From Prasinococcaceae sp. CCMP 1430 (taxonomy: Eukaryota; Plantae; Prasinodermophyta), in contig RQSC01000028.1 of assembly GCA_013416795.1 (NCBI GenBank), positions 940,068 through 972,468 on the forward strand: 32,401 nt of DNA, in the 5' to 3' direction. The notes beneath the pieces were generated by a model. That model was not told the DNA's origin. It was given only the letters and a program-made list of their open reading frames with translations, and searched no databases. The stretch's first letter is position 1. The number at the start of each line of letters is the position of its first letter. Below are positions 29,689 through 32,401 of the stretch, piece after piece. The position numbers and the translations under genes are program-made.

Positions 29689-31675
29689 TCACGCGTAGGT
29701 CGCCTCCTCCGCGCCGAGCGGCACCAGCGAGAACTTGGCGCTCTCCGGGTTGAATTCCGGCGTCTCGCAGAACTGCAAGAAGAGGTTGGCGACGCGCTGC
29801 CTGAGCCCCGCGAGCGTCTTCGGGCTGCGGCCGCGATTGAGCAGGTCAGCCTCGCGGTCGATGAGGTCGACGATCTCGCGCGTGAGCGAGCAGTCAAACT
29901 CCTTGACCGTCCACTTGATGTGCAGCAGCACGTCGAGGCGCTCGTCCGTCGAGAGCAGCGGCAGCTTGAGGCCGTGGTAGAGCTGCTGCAGCTCCTGCGC
30001 GCGCGTGGTGAAGGGCGTGATGACGTCAACCGTCGTGCCATCGGCCATTTCCCAGGTCTTCGGCTGCCCCATCTCGGCCAGCTCCCGCGCGATGCGCCGG
30101 TCGCGGTTCTCCTGGTTGGCGGCGATCTTCAGGCGGTCGATCGTCTGCAGCAGCTTGGTCTCCTTTTGCAGCAGGCCCTGCAGCGCGCGCTGGCGGGCGG
30201 CTTGGTCGTCGCCCGCGGCCGCTATCGCGCCCTCCGTCTCCTTCACTCGCCACGCCTCAAGCTCGGAGTACAGGATCTCGAAGTCCGCGGCCGTGCGCGG
30301 GTGCATGCGCCGCCGGATCTCGACCTCGCGGCGCGCCTCGGCGTCGGCGCGCGCGCGCTTGGCCTCGGCTTCCATGAAGGCCGCGCGCTCCTCCTTTCGT
30401 CTCCGCATCTCCGCGGCCATGCGACGCGCGAACCGACCCCGCGCGTGCCGCTGAATCACCAGCGCCGCTTCGACCTTGGCCAACGCCCACTCCTCGGAGG
30501 TCACGTACCGCCCCGGCGTGGCCTCCACGTCACCGCTCGTGTCGAGCAGCAGATCGCGGCGCGCCATCTGCGTCGACGCGTCCCGCCCCGTCTGGACCGT
30601 GCGCGCCACCGCGTCGGACGTCTGCGTGTCGCGCGTGTAGCGCGTCGCGCGAGTGTCCGCACGGCGCGCGGTCTGCGTGCTGCCGTGCAGGTAGGTCGTG
30701 CCCGTCCTCTTGTTGCGGTAGCCGCCCAGCCAGCGCTTCGGGTTGCTCTCCAGCGCGGAGCGGTCGATCGTCACCTCGATGATTTTGGCGGGCATGCCCA
30801 TGCCCTGGCGCATGCGCGGAGAGGGCGTCAGTGACCGCACGTTGGACCGGTGACGTGCGCTGGGCTCGGCGAGGCGCGCCACGCGCTGCGCCGGACGCCC
30901 CCCCCCCCCCCGTTTGCGGCCGCGCGCCGGGCGTGGGGCCAAGCAGAGCTGCGCGCGCGCAGCCGTGGCCCAGCGGTGCGCCCACTCGCTCGCGCGCGCT
31001 GGGCGGCGGCCCCCCGCGCGCTGCCGCCGCGCGCCCCCCGACGCATCGCCCAGCGCGCGCACCTGGTCGACCTCGACGTCGAGCTTGTCTTTGATGCCGC
31101 TGAACGTTTTCGGCGCTGGTGGCGCGCCGTACTCGAGCGCGAGCTCCATCTGCGCCTCCTGCCCCGGCGCGAGCCCGAGGTCGCGCAATGTGGCGCCCGG
31201 GTCGTCGCACGCCTCGCCGCCCGGCGCGCGCAGCGAGAGCGACGCGTCGCCCGAGCGCAGCTCCTCTGCGAGGGTGTGCGTGATGCTCGCCACCGTCGTT
31301 GTGACGGGGCACTCGCGTTCGAGGGTGAAGCCCTCGGGCACGAGCACGAAGGTCAAGCGCGCGGGCTCGTCGCTCGCGCCCCTGTCGCCCGCCCCCTCGC
31401 CCACCCCGCCGTTGGCCTCCTCGCCCGAGTCTCCGCCACCCGCGCGCATGAGCGCCACGCGCGCGCGCGCCTGGCGCCCCCGCTGCATTGCCTGGATGCG
31501 CGTCGCCGCGGCCTCCTCCGCCGCGGAGGGCCCGGACCCGTCATTCTGCCCCCCCTCGGCCCCCTCGCCCCCCGCGGGGGGAGGCGCGGGCGCGCCGGGG
31601 GCGGGCGACGAGCCCGTGTCGCCCTCCCCCCCGCGCGCGCCCGGTTCCCCATCCCCTGCTGCGGCGACGCTCCGC
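29689..31675 (-). CDS. IQUB: IQ motif and ubiquitin-like domain protein (radial spoke, FAP253/IQUB); exons <31675-31063 and 30804-29689
   Basis: Ubiquitin-like region, KRWLGGYRNKRTG...H.STQT, IQ motif VIQRHARGRFARR, RRMHPRTAADFEILYSELEAWR, ERLDVLLHIKWTV and LRQRVANLFLQF...PEFNPE. A 258-nt in-frame intron (CAG|GTGCG...CCAG|GGC) explains the non-conserved insert. The start is hidden at or near the N at 31676. Confidence 0.92.
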
Positions 31676-32401
31676 NCACCGCCCGCCGCGCCGCGCCGCG
31701 CGGGAAACCCCGCCGAACATCCAGCCCCGGCGCGCGCGCGCGCGAGCGGGAGGAGGGGGCGCACGCCTTCTTCCTCTTCTTCTTGCTCGCTTGCTTGCTT
31801 GCTTGCGCCCTCGTCGATCGATCGATTGCATCCACCCCCTCAACGCATCAGCGCGTGTGGGTGGCCGTCCCCAACGCAACCGGCCGGACTCCCCTCTTCA
31901 TCCGTTTTTATTAGGAGTAACCCGGTTCGGAGAGGGACGGATTCCTGGGAGCATCCCGGTCTGTCCGCCTGTTCCCCGACCCACGGCGTCGGGCGGGGTC
32001 ACCAGCAATTGACCTATCAATCGAAACGCGATGGCGTGATGCGAGCGGATGCACCACCAGCCAGGCCAGCCACAGTATAGCAGGTACAACCAGCACACCA
32101 CGCTCATCATCATCAACGCGCGAGCGAGGGCTCCCTGCCAAGGATGCTACGAACTCACTAGACTTGGACTTGGGGCCCGAACGCAAACGAGCACGCACAC
32201 ACTCCTGGCAGCGCCATCTTTTCGGAGATGGACGGATTCGGATGGGCGCAAGCGTGAATTGGTATCAGCACGACGTTGTGCGGATGGCGGGGTGGAGGGT
32301 TTGGAACGGCGGGAAAGAGGGCAACGCCGGGCGCGTGCGATTTGACCTGGGCGGGCTGCGGCGGCTGCCCGGCCCGCCGGGGGCCGGCGGCGGCGGCGGC
32401 G

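Noticed and set aside
30805-31062. Apparent 86-aa insertion in IQUB
   Set aside because: It is bounded by a CAG|GTGCG donor and a CCAG acceptor with a branch-point motif; it is an in-frame, stop-free intron.

Overview
Gene-dense, very GC-rich (roughly 70% by eye) eukaryotic nuclear DNA from a draft scaffold. It has three N-gaps (720-1414, 5197-5660, 23135-23342), six single-N joins (11587, 12599, 13435, 15793, 17982, 31676) and a 104-nt poly-C run. Spliceosomal introns with GTGCG/GTGAG donors and GCTGAC branch points, TGTAA motifs after stops, a nucleus-encoded transit-peptide-bearing bacterial-type S6, plant-type telo-boxes and a chlB fragment point to a green alga (inference; a Prasinoderma/prasinophyte-like genome would fit but is unverified). 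Hand-spliced genes: prefoldin 2, SCAMP, organellar bS6-family protein, ankyrin protein, O6-alkylguanine alkyltransferase, FAR-17a/AIG1-like protein, RING-H2 ligase, patatin-like lipase, CFAP96, a protein with four phage-integrase-repeat-like units, eL34, mitochondrial-type GrpE and IQUB, plus several hypothetical proteins. Orphan fragments: a cNMP-binding exon, a squalene synthase exon and a ~400-bp AT-rich chlB piece. The most interesting signals are the probably mitochondrion-targeted standalone integrase-repeat protein, the plastid-derived chlB insert and the proteobacterial-type (RFC3-like?) S6. All family assignments come from recalled motifs, not database searches. No rRNA, tRNA, CRISPR array or transposase was recognised.
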